Shown piece by piece: positions 35,309 through 42,916 of a stretch of DNA of 42,916 nucleotides (positions are counted from its first letter, which is position 1; each line of letters begins with the position of its first letter). The stretch is from a virus (Duplodnaviria; Heunggongvirae; Uroviricota; Caudoviricetes): IMG/VR virus record IMGVR_UViG_3300034157_000063. One strand, 5' to 3'. The translations under genes and the position numbers were made by a program. A model generated the notes under the pieces. That model saw nothing but the letters and a program-made list of their open reading frames with translations. It was not told where the DNA came from and searched no databases.

Positions 35309-35815
35309 TTAATCATTTGTCCACATCATATAATGGTTGTAAAATTCAGCTTTCACTTCAAAATTAACGGTAATTTCGTATTTTACAAGCGTAATGAACA
35401 GCTTTGTGTTATTGGTTGATACGGTTGGTTGTTTTACTTGGAATCCTTTTTCTTTTAATATTATCAATGAATCCGTCAAACCTTTAGTTGTATTTTTATT
35501 TGCCAGTTCTGCAATTAATGAAAACACATCTTTAAAATCAATAAACTCAGAAGACTTATTACCTTGTAGTGTATTCATAATTTCTATTCTGGCGTAGTTA
35601 AAGTCTCTTGCATTGTTTTTAATAATATTAAAAGGATAAGGTGTTTCTCCAAAATAGAAAGAAGCCGCATGACCAGTAAAGCTGACATCATCAATGATGA
35701 CACCTGTGCTTTCACTGGTGATAGTCAGTGGATCAGATCTACTATGTCCTAATAATATGGTTAAAACTTTTGCTAAATTTATACAGGTTTCTCTATCTTT
35801 GGTATCATGGCTCAT
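35309..35815 (-). CDS. Hypothetical protein
   Basis: SD GAGGA. Confidence 0.7.
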   Translation of the reverse strand: MSHDTKDRETCINLAKVLTILLGHSRSDPLTITSESTGVIIDDVSFTGHAASFYFGETPYPFNIIKNNARDFNYARIEIMNTLQGNKSSEFIDFKDVFSLIAELANKNTTKGLTDSLIILKEKGFQVKQPTVSTNNTKLFITLVKYEITVNFEVKAEFYNHYMMWTND

Positions 35816-35829
35816 TTTAAAATCCTCAG

Positions 35830-36597
35830 TTATTTAAATATGGTTTGTAATTCTTTAAACTTTTCATCATTCTTTATATCTTGAATAGTTTTTAGGTTAT
35901 CATTTATGTCTTTGTTCTCGAAATAAACAGTGATAGCATTCATGTATTTACTTTCATAACCTTCATCTAAAACTTTTATAATGCTTTTATCTTTCACATA
36001 AATCCTTCTGTTTGAATTTTCTTTGGCTAGAAATGAAAAAAATGGTGTGTCTTCTTCATAGCCTAACGCCAGTAGTTCTGTTCTGAATTTCTCTTTAACG
36101 TAACTTTTCTGTGTTCTTGTTATATTTTCTTCATTCTCTTTTAGATTGCCATTAGCATAATCAAATTCATATTCTGATTGAACAATAATGTCTAATTTAA
36201 CTTTGATTACATAACCATATGAATAATCATAAGAAACATTATAACTACCTTTTTCATTGGTTATATTGAAATCATTGTAGGCTGACTTCGCAATGTTTAA
36301 TTTTAATATCGAACCGCTTTCAACTGGTTTTATTGATTCTACATAAGGTGTTAACTCTGAATATTTATTAAGACTAGAAAAATATGCTTTTTTTTCGTAT
36401 TCTTTGGAATACATACCCGTTTTATTAAAAAAATTATAAGTATCTGTTTTTTCAGGAATGAAGATTTCAATTGATTCTTTTTTTCCCGGTAGTTCTATTA
36501 AAGTTTTGATGTTTGGCGGGAAGCTTATTGCCAGTTCATTGGCTAATACGTTCATGGATACGAACAAGCCAGCAAACAAGACTAAAAATTTGTTCAT
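35830..36597 (-). CDS. Exported protein
   Basis: Start MNKFLVLFAGLFVSMNVLA (signal peptide) after GGAGA. Confidence 0.75.
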   Translation of the reverse strand: MNKFLVLFAGLFVSMNVLANELAISFPPNIKTLIELPGKKESIEIFIPEKTDTYNFFNKTGMYSKEYEKKAYFSSLNKYSELTPYVESIKPVESGSILKLNIAKSAYNDFNITNEKGSYNVSYDYSYGYVIKVKLDIIVQSEYEFDYANGNLKENEENITRTQKSYVKEKFRTELLALGYEEDTPFFSFLAKENSNRRIYVKDKSIIKVLDEGYESKYMNAITVYFENKDINDNLKTIQDIKNDEKFKELQTIFK

Positions 36598-36723
36598 TGT
36601 TAAATCTCCTTTTGCAAAGAAATATACCTTAAGTAATAGAAAAGTCAATTTTTGCAAAGAAAAAACTGGATTTAATTATTATATTTGATACTATACTTAG
36701 ACTTGTTATTGTGGAGTATAATT

Positions 36724-37245
36724 ATGGAATGTGTGGTTAAAATACAGTTAAAAGAAAATGCCCCTATCAAAAAGATCCTCAGCATCTTTAAAGTCAATAA
36801 AGCGAAAGAAAGAGCTTCATTACTGGACAAGGATAGTGAGTATTTTAATCTTAAAAATGTATTGTCTATTCCTTATGGTATGCTTGGCGAAGATCCTCAA
36901 ATTGTCATGGATTTTATTGTCTTTAAACTCACCGAAGCTTATGGTGTGCCTGAACTCCATGTGACTTCTGGTCAATCTTTGCCTTGTTATTACATCAATA
37001 ATACCCAAACGTTTCTCACTATGGATAACGAGCTGCAGCCTTATGGGATTAAGTTAGATGATTTAACGAATTTAACCATCGAAGATGCTATTGCATTAAA
37101 AAATGATAAGACAGTTGACCATTCTATTGGCTTTGTGGAAAGTCGAACAATCATGGATAGCCAGTTAGAAGGGATTAAAACAGAAGTTAAAGACGCCATA
37201 GAACGAGCTGAATTCATTCTCTATGATCATTTGGACAAAAAATAG
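36724..37245 (+). CDS. Hypothetical protein
   Basis: ATG 36724 after GGAG. Confidence 0.7.
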   Translation: MECVVKIQLKENAPIKKILSIFKVNKAKERASLLDKDSEYFNLKNVLSIPYGMLGEDPQIVMDFIVFKLTEAYGVPELHVTSGQSLPCYYINNTQTFLTMDNELQPYGIKLDDLTNLTIEDAIALKNDKTVDHSIGFVESRTIMDSQLEGIKTEVKDAIERAEFILYDHLDKK

Positions 37246-37308
37246 GCTTCATTATTTTAATATTAGTTTTATATGTTAAAATTAGTATATTGAACATGAG
37301 ATTTTAAG

Positions 37309-37950
37309 ATGGAACCTATTGAGCTAAGAAAGGACTTGTTGATTTGGATTGACTTGGAAACCACAGGTCTTGATGAAGATGATAATCTGAATGGTGTTCA
37401 CACTCATAAAATCCTTGAAGTTGGAATGCATATCACTGACGCAAACTATAATATCATTGATAAAGGTTTTGAAATCGTTATTCATCATAAAGAATCTGAC
37501 CTATTGTCGTTAATGAGTGATTATGTCAAAGATATGCATACTAACAATGGACTACTTGAAAAGGTTAAGAATTCTCCATTTTCTTTGGCGATGGCCGAAA
37601 AGATGATGTTAGATTATGTAAAAGACTTTAACATTTCACCACGTTCGAGTCCTATTTGTGGGAATAATGTGGGATTTGACAAGAACTTCATTACGGCACA
37701 AATGCCTACTTTTGATAAGTTCCTACACTACCGAAAACTCGATGTCAGTAGTTTCAAAGAAGTAGCATGGAGACAATATCCAGAGATTGCTGCACAACTT
37801 CAAAAGCCTAATAAGCATAGAGGACTTGATGACATTCAAGAATCCATTAAGGAATTAAAATTCTATTTAAATAATATCTTCATACCACAAATACCAAAAA
37901 TAGAAGATAAACCTGAAACGCCACAAAGCATTAAAAAATTCAAACCTTAA
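37309..37950 (+). CDS. orn: Oligoribonuclease (DEDDh 3'-5' exoribonuclease)
   Basis: LIWIDLETTGLD, MHTNNGL, PICGNNVGFD, LHYRKLDVSS, HRGLDDIQESIKEL. Confidence 0.93.
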   Translation: MEPIELRKDLLIWIDLETTGLDEDDNLNGVHTHKILEVGMHITDANYNIIDKGFEIVIHHKESDLLSLMSDYVKDMHTNNGLLEKVKNSPFSLAMAEKMMLDYVKDFNISPRSSPICGNNVGFDKNFITAQMPTFDKFLHYRKLDVSSFKEVAWRQYPEIAAQLQKPNKHRGLDDIQESIKELKFYLNNIFIPQIPKIEDKPETPQSIKKFKP

Positions 37951-37958
37951 TTCAAGTT

Positions 37959-37985
37959 AAAAAAAAAGCCTCATTACGAGGCTTT
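37959..37985. terminator. Bidirectional terminator
   Basis: A-run-GCCTC-ATTAC-GAGGC-TTT between convergent genes. Confidence 0.7.
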
Positions 37986-38540
37986 GGTTTTGGTGAGATA
38001 TTCTTTCAATTCGGCACCACTGGCAAACGTATCTCTAATATCTTCTTTCTTGATATTCTTACGTCTGTCTTGAAGCTTGATAGCACCATCTTTAACACTG
38101 ATAGCCAAGAAATCTACTGATTTGTCTTTGTTTTGGAACGCTACTGAGAAGGACTTCAATCCACCCAAGGAACCTTGGAATGCATTAATCTTCCATTGTG
38201 CGTCTTTGAACACTGATTTATTCAGGTCAAACATAAAGCGGAACAGATCAACTTGATTGCTAATTTCTTGTTCCAGACCATTTTTTAGTTCAACAACATA
38301 AGTGTCATCGTTGTTTTTAACGCTCTGAATGGCTTCATCTACTGACTTGTAGCCATGCTTCAGTTCAAACAGTTGACCAACATGGAACCCAACAAGGTTC
38401 TTTTTAAACCCTTCGATAAAAAATGCAGAACGGTTATTTTTACGAATCGACTGGTCTTTTTCTACAATCTTGATAGCTTCTTCCTTTGAATAGCCGCGTT
38501 TCTTCAACACTTCTAGGGATTCACTTTCGTAATTTTGCAT
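37974..38540 (-). CDS. Hypothetical protein
   Basis: Start MQNYESE after GGAGA. Confidence 0.75.
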   Translation of the reverse strand: MQNYESESLEVLKKRGYSKEEAIKIVEKDQSIRKNNRSAFFIEGFKKNLVGFHVGQLFELKHGYKSVDEAIQSVKNNDDTYVVELKNGLEQEISNQVDLFRFMFDLNKSVFKDAQWKINAFQGSLGGLKSFSVAFQNKDKSVDFLAISVKDGAIKLQDRRKNIKKEDIRDTFASGAELKEYLTKTKAS

Positions 38541-38720
38541 TGGCACTTCTCCTGTTTTGTTTGAGCCGAAAAGTATAGGGCTTGAATTGAATGATGTCAA
38601 CATATTTTTAAATTATATTAAAAATAAAATATCTCCTAATTTTATTTATAAAAATTATTTTCATATTGTTACTATAATATAATTGTGTTAATATTTAAAT
38701 ACATAACAATAAAAAAGATA

Positions 38721-40385
38721 ATGAAAAAAACAATCTCCATTGCACTTATGGCTATAACGCTGCAGGCAACGGCCTCAAATTACAGTGTGGTTATAGGCGT
38801 TAAAGATAAAAATATCAATTTTGTAAATAAAATTACGACTCCAACTCCACCTGCTGATTCTGGCATTGAAGGTTCTTCTAGTTTATCTAAACAGACTATT
38901 AATCGTGGAGAAACAACCGTTATTTCTTGGAACTATACTGATATAGATTCTATTACTATTGATGGCGTTGGCACCTATAATCAGTCCAGTGGTAGTGTAA
39001 ACGTTAAACCAACCACTTCAATTACTTATTCAGTGACTATACATAAAGGAGAAAACGTAAAACATGAAAACCTTTCTGTTGATGTCATACAACTCGCTCC
39101 ACAAATTTCGTTGACAGCTACCAGTTATAAAATAGGCGTAGGTAAGAATGCAATTATTAATTGGTCTGTTACTAACTCAGATGACATTTCTATTAGTAAT
39201 GTGGGTAATAATTTGGCGAAGTCAGGAACTTACAATGTTTCACCGACTACCGACACCACGTATACATTAATTGCTAAGGGTTACGAAGATATTCCAGAAA
39301 AAACAGATTCAATTACTATAAAGGTTATCCCGAACGCTGTTATTAATAGTTTTGATGTTAATAATACAACCTTTAATAAAGGTGAAACAGCTATTTTCAC
39401 TTGGGACATTACAAATGCCTCTAAAATTACTTTAAATGGGGTTGTTATCCCTGTTGCTACAACAACATCATCCATTAAGCTTAATACGGTTGGAACAGTG
39501 ACTTATGACCTTGAAGTAACTAGTTTAAGTGGACAAACAACAAAACAAACGAAGACATTAACTGTCAATGAATCGAACATGATTAATTTCTTTAGTGTTA
39601 ATGGTACTGAAACGTCAACAGTAACTGCCGTTTCAACACTTATAAAGTTTACATGGGATATGGTAACACCGAAGACTTTAAAAATAACAAATAATAGAGG
39701 ACTTTCAACAACATTGCCTATTGCGTCTAAAACATATAGTTACACATTTAATCATCCAGTAGGCGATACTATTTATACATTAGAAGCTACCAATGAAAGT
39801 GGTGAAAAATTCACAAAAACAGTCACAGTAAAATCTGTTTCATCTCCGGTTATCAATACAGTCACATCAATGTCAAGTATTTATGTTGGAGAGTCTTATA
39901 CACTTGAATGGACAGGAACTGGTATTACTCGTTATACATTAAGATCAGATGACGCTGGGACAGGCATTCCAACCACAGATACTGAATACACCAGTGGTAG
40001 TTCATTCGTTGTGCCTAATCCAGTTGCATCTAACAATATTATAAGTATTTTCCTTATGGGGTATAACGAAGCTGGTACGTCTGTTCAAAAACTTATAAGA
40101 TATTCGGTGATTGATTCACCGACTATTGCTCTACCAACGATCAACACCAATTATCGCAACAGTATCACGGTAGCTCCTAATGCAGCTCTTACATTTACCG
40201 TATATAGTATGTCTGGTGGTTCTACATTAGTTGGCCGAGACAGCTCTAATAGTTATGATGTTGCATTTCCAACCCATGCACCAGCAATAACGGGAACTTA
40301 TGAATATTACATGGCAGCCTACAAAACGGTGAACGGTGTAACTCGTTATTCAAACCTACTTAAAGCGACAGTTATAGTCAAATAA
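38721..40385 (+). CDS. Exported protein with tandem Ig-like beta-sandwich repeats
   Basis: Signal peptide ending ATA; about five to six Thr-rich ~80-aa repeats, each with a conserved Trp (ISW/INW/FTW/FTW/LEW) and TY.L motifs. Confidence 0.85.
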   Translation: MKKTISIALMAITLQATASNYSVVIGVKDKNINFVNKITTPTPPADSGIEGSSSLSKQTINRGETTVISWNYTDIDSITIDGVGTYNQSSGSVNVKPTTSITYSVTIHKGENVKHENLSVDVIQLAPQISLTATSYKIGVGKNAIINWSVTNSDDISISNVGNNLAKSGTYNVSPTTDTTYTLIAKGYEDIPEKTDSITIKVIPNAVINSFDVNNTTFNKGETAIFTWDITNASKITLNGVVIPVATTTSSIKLNTVGTVTYDLEVTSLSGQTTKQTKTLTVNESNMINFFSVNGTETSTVTAVSTLIKFTWDMVTPKTLKITNNRGLSTTLPIASKTYSYTFNHPVGDTIYTLEATNESGEKFTKTVTVKSVSSPVINTVTSMSSIYVGESYTLEWTGTGITRYTLRSDDAGTGIPTTDTEYTSGSSFVVPNPVASNNIISIFLMGYNEAGTSVQKLIRYSVIDSPTIALPTINTNYRNSITVAPNAALTFTVYSMSGGSTLVGRDSSNSYDVAFPTHAPAITGTYEYYMAAYKTVNGVTRYSNLLKATVIVK

Positions 40386-40407
40386 TTTTTAACAATTAAC
40401 AACAATG

Positions 40408-40436
40408 AAAGCCTTATATTCTGTATAAGGTTTTTT
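40408..40436 (+). terminator. Intrinsic terminator
   Basis: AAAGCCTTATA-N5-TATAAGGTTTT. Confidence 0.7.
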
Positions 40437-40568
40437 GTTTGTTAAAATACTATAATGTTTATTTAAAACCCTTTAAAATCAACCTTTTACGACCTTGAAA
40501 ATACGACAAAAAACTTGCTTTTTCAATCATTAAATGCTAAAATATATAGACAGAGAAAGGGACTATAA

Positions 40569-41639
40569 ATGACACATAAAGTATACATAAACTACAACGA
40601 AGTTCAAGGTTTTTTAGAGCAACTTGTCACACCCATCAAAGAAGAAAAAATCAGAGCATGGTTCAATAAGAAGTTAGCTAATCATTTGATGACCACTTAC
40701 AATAACGTTGCTGAGTTAGAAGTCGAAACTGTTTATTCTTATTTCAATAACCAAGAAGTACCGATGGTTATTCAAAAAGCTGTTGAAAATGAAGAAAAGA
40801 TTTATCACTTCAAAAAATCAATCGCTTTTAAAAATAAAATATCACAAGTGGTCGATTATCTTAAACACCTTGAAAGTAAATCCGTGAACATCGCTGGTAT
40901 GCCTTTTGACGTGGCTTATGAACAATCAGATAAATGGCACAAAAGTTTTTCTAAACCTAAAAGAAAAGCCCTTTCCGTTGATATGACGGGCCTTAATCTC
41001 ATCAAGACCTTTGATAATGATTGTTTCCTTGCTGAGTTGGTAAGCAAAGAACAGTTTACTTATGAAAGTAAAATGATGTCACATTGTGTTGAAAGTTATT
41101 ATGGTCGTGATTATTCAAAAGTGTTGACTTATCGCACGGCTGAAAACAAACCAATGTTGACCATTGAAGTAGTCGATAAGCATAAAGGTTACTTCCGTAT
41201 TGTTCAAGCGAAAGGTTTTGCAAACAAAGGCTTTATTCCAGAAGAACATGTTAAAAACGTATTAAATTATTTTGATTCACTTCCAGCATCAGTTTCATAT
41301 GAGGACTGCTTGATTTTTGGTCATATGATTGATGAAAGTGAACCGCTTATCATTATGCCAGAAGGTTCTGTGTTTAATTGTGGTCGTTATGAATCTGAAA
41401 TTGAGTTTAAATGTTGTGTTGGTATTCCAAAAGGTTCAGTGTTTGAGGGCGATTTAAGATTGTCTGCTGCACAACTGCCTATTTTGCAAGACATTACTGT
41501 AAATGGTGATTTAATTATTGATAACTCATTGATTGTTGCGATTATGGATACAGTAAAAGTAACAGGTGAAATTTACATTTCACGATCATTAACCAGTATT
41601 GTTGCACCAGAACTTCAATCAAAAGTAAGGAGAGACTAA
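40569..41639 (+). CDS. PcfJ-like domain protein with a C-terminal beta-solenoid-like tail
   Basis: ESKMMSHCVESY...LTIEV...IVQAKGFAN; GDLRL...VNGDLII repeats. Confidence 0.7.
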   Translation: MTHKVYINYNEVQGFLEQLVTPIKEEKIRAWFNKKLANHLMTTYNNVAELEVETVYSYFNNQEVPMVIQKAVENEEKIYHFKKSIAFKNKISQVVDYLKHLESKSVNIAGMPFDVAYEQSDKWHKSFSKPKRKALSVDMTGLNLIKTFDNDCFLAELVSKEQFTYESKMMSHCVESYYGRDYSKVLTYRTAENKPMLTIEVVDKHKGYFRIVQAKGFANKGFIPEEHVKNVLNYFDSLPASVSYEDCLIFGHMIDESEPLIIMPEGSVFNCGRYESEIEFKCCVGIPKGSVFEGDLRLSAAQLPILQDITVNGDLIIDNSLIVAIMDTVKVTGEIYISRSLTSIVAPELQSKVRRD

Positions 41640-41927
41640 TTGAATATAGAAGACATTGAATTTGTATCAAAGAAAGTGCGTGACCTTTACCAATCAGTAA
41701 GAGAAGGCAACATTAACACTGTTGCTGACATTCATACGAAAGTTCAAGACATTCGTAGATTGGCGATAGAAAAGGAAGTGCCTATTTTCATTGATGAAAA
41801 AGAACTTGTTAAAATAATGCAAACCAGTGAAATCGGTGTGCCAGAAGAATATGAAGAAGAAGAATCATCCGAATCCGAGGAATACGAAGAACAAGAAGAT
41901 GACGAAGAAAATGAGCAAGAGGACTGA
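41640..41927 (+). CDS. Small acidic protein
   Basis: TTG start after AGGAGA; Glu-rich tail. Confidence 0.7.
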   Translation: MNIEDIEFVSKKVRDLYQSVREGNINTVADIHTKVQDIRRLAIEKEVPIFIDEKELVKIMQTSEIGVPEEYEEEESSESEEYEEQEDDEENEQED

Positions 41928-41929
41928 TA

Positions 41930-42916
41930 ATGATTGTTTTGGGATCAAAGGCGTTACACTTAAATTTAAATAATAATGTTGAACGTTTTGAGAAATCAGA
42001 CATTGACGTTGTTATGTGTATGGATGACTTTAAATCTTTTATCTCAAAAAATCAGCCGTTCATTACGAAAATGGTACCAACATCATCGACTAAATACGCC
42101 ATTCGTTTAGAAAATATTCGAATTCAGCATTATGAAATCGAAATTGCATTCAAAGGATCTTCTCAATGGTTGTTGGATAACCATGAAAATATCTCTGCTG
42201 GTCAGTTTAACGATGATTGTGGTAACGTTTTTCAATTTGTGAACAGTGAAATTCTTTATCTTACAAAAAAGTCACATATTCATTACCCTATTCATTATGA
42301 TAAGAGTATTGCTGATTATTCTTTATTGAAAGATGTGGTTGATTTTGAAAAGGTAGAACAATATAAAGAATACTTTACACTTCGCTCACAAGAAACAAAA
42401 GAGCGTATCAATAAACGATTACCAACGCTTAATAGAACTAATGAAGAATTTTTCGACCGTTCTAAAAATGTCGTGGGCTATGTGTTTGAACATGATGACA
42501 TTCATGAAGCAATTAAGCATTACGAACGTCCAGTGTATGAGATGATGAAGAAAGACTTTTCCAAAGCATGGTGCGAAAAAGATATGTTCCATAATCTCCC
42601 ACATGAATACAAGGTTAGATGTGTTCAGGAAGAGGCTTATGTGATTGCTCTTGAACGTTACATCATTCTAAGAAAGGGACACTACAAAGACCCACAGATG
42701 GCTTACAAGGCTGCACTGCAGCGTATCTGCACCACTTTGTGTTCTGGCTTCTTTCGAGACTTTGCAGTTGATAACTATTTTGAGATTTTGGACGCTTATT
42801 CCGAAAATTACGTCAACAAGTTTAAAGACAAGCTCTTTTCTGGGTTGGTTAAAAAGCTAGAACATGTGCCACATGATAAATATGAAGATGTATTGAAACA
42901 TATGATTGCCGCTTAA
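41930..42916 (+). CDS. Pol-beta-like nucleotidyltransferase-motif protein fused to a conserved helical domain
   Basis: VLGSKAL...SDIDVV (GS...DxD); C-terminal HDDIH, EEAYVIALER. Confidence 0.6.
   Translation: MIVLGSKALHLNLNNNVERFEKSDIDVVMCMDDFKSFISKNQPFITKMVPTSSTKYAIRLENIRIQHYEIEIAFKGSSQWLLDNHENISAGQFNDDCGNVFQFVNSEILYLTKKSHIHYPIHYDKSIADYSLLKDVVDFEKVEQYKEYFTLRSQETKERINKRLPTLNRTNEEFFDRSKNVVGYVFEHDDIHEAIKHYERPVYEMMKKDFSKAWCEKDMFHNLPHEYKVRCVQEEAYVIALERYIILRKGHYKDPQMAYKAALQRICTTLCSGFFRDFAVDNYFEILDAYSENYVNKFKDKLFSGLVKKLEHVPHDKYEDVLKHMIAA

Noticed and set aside
977-42604. Many antisense or out-of-frame 60-170 aa ORFs in the track
   Set aside because: They lie within longer genes that have SD sites, motif support and consistent orientation.
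1-42916. Integrase, transposase, intron or homing endonuclease, structural and replication genes
   Set aside because: No supporting motifs seen; the phage origin is inferred from gene organisation only.

Overview
AT-rich, gene-dense DNA with about 60 mostly short ORFs, many sigma70-type promoters and intrinsic terminators, several tandem paralog arrays, and no core replication or structural genes. I infer it is the accessory region of a large (jumbo) phage of a Gammaproteobacterium; a phage-like megaplasmid cannot be excluded. Recognisable products are a 2OG-Fe(II) oxygenase, a MazG-like pyrophosphohydrolase, a MYG1-family nuclease, a PspC-domain protein, a nucleoside 2-deoxyribosyltransferase, two HAD proteins of the RNA-repair type, a metallophosphoesterase, oligoribonuclease (Orn), a PcfJ-like protein, a pol-beta-like nucleotidyltransferase and many exported or lipoproteins. 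The main finding is at 21998-23109. A sigma70 promoter drives a 16-codon leader ORF (MKPTFAVSYYYSSYSS, nine consecutive Ser/Tyr codons). It is followed by mutually exclusive antiterminator/terminator hairpins and then by a tRNA array containing only Ser(UGA) and Tyr(GUA) species. This looks like a ribosome-mediated transcription attenuator that senses loss of Ser/Tyr decoding and turns up the element's own Ser/Tyr tRNAs. The array also holds a D-arm-less, potentially pseudoknotted tRNA-Tyr-like RNA and a 51-nt ACCA-ended minihelix. All protein assignments come from motifs recognised by eye, and hairpins were paired by hand; no database searches or folding programs were run.
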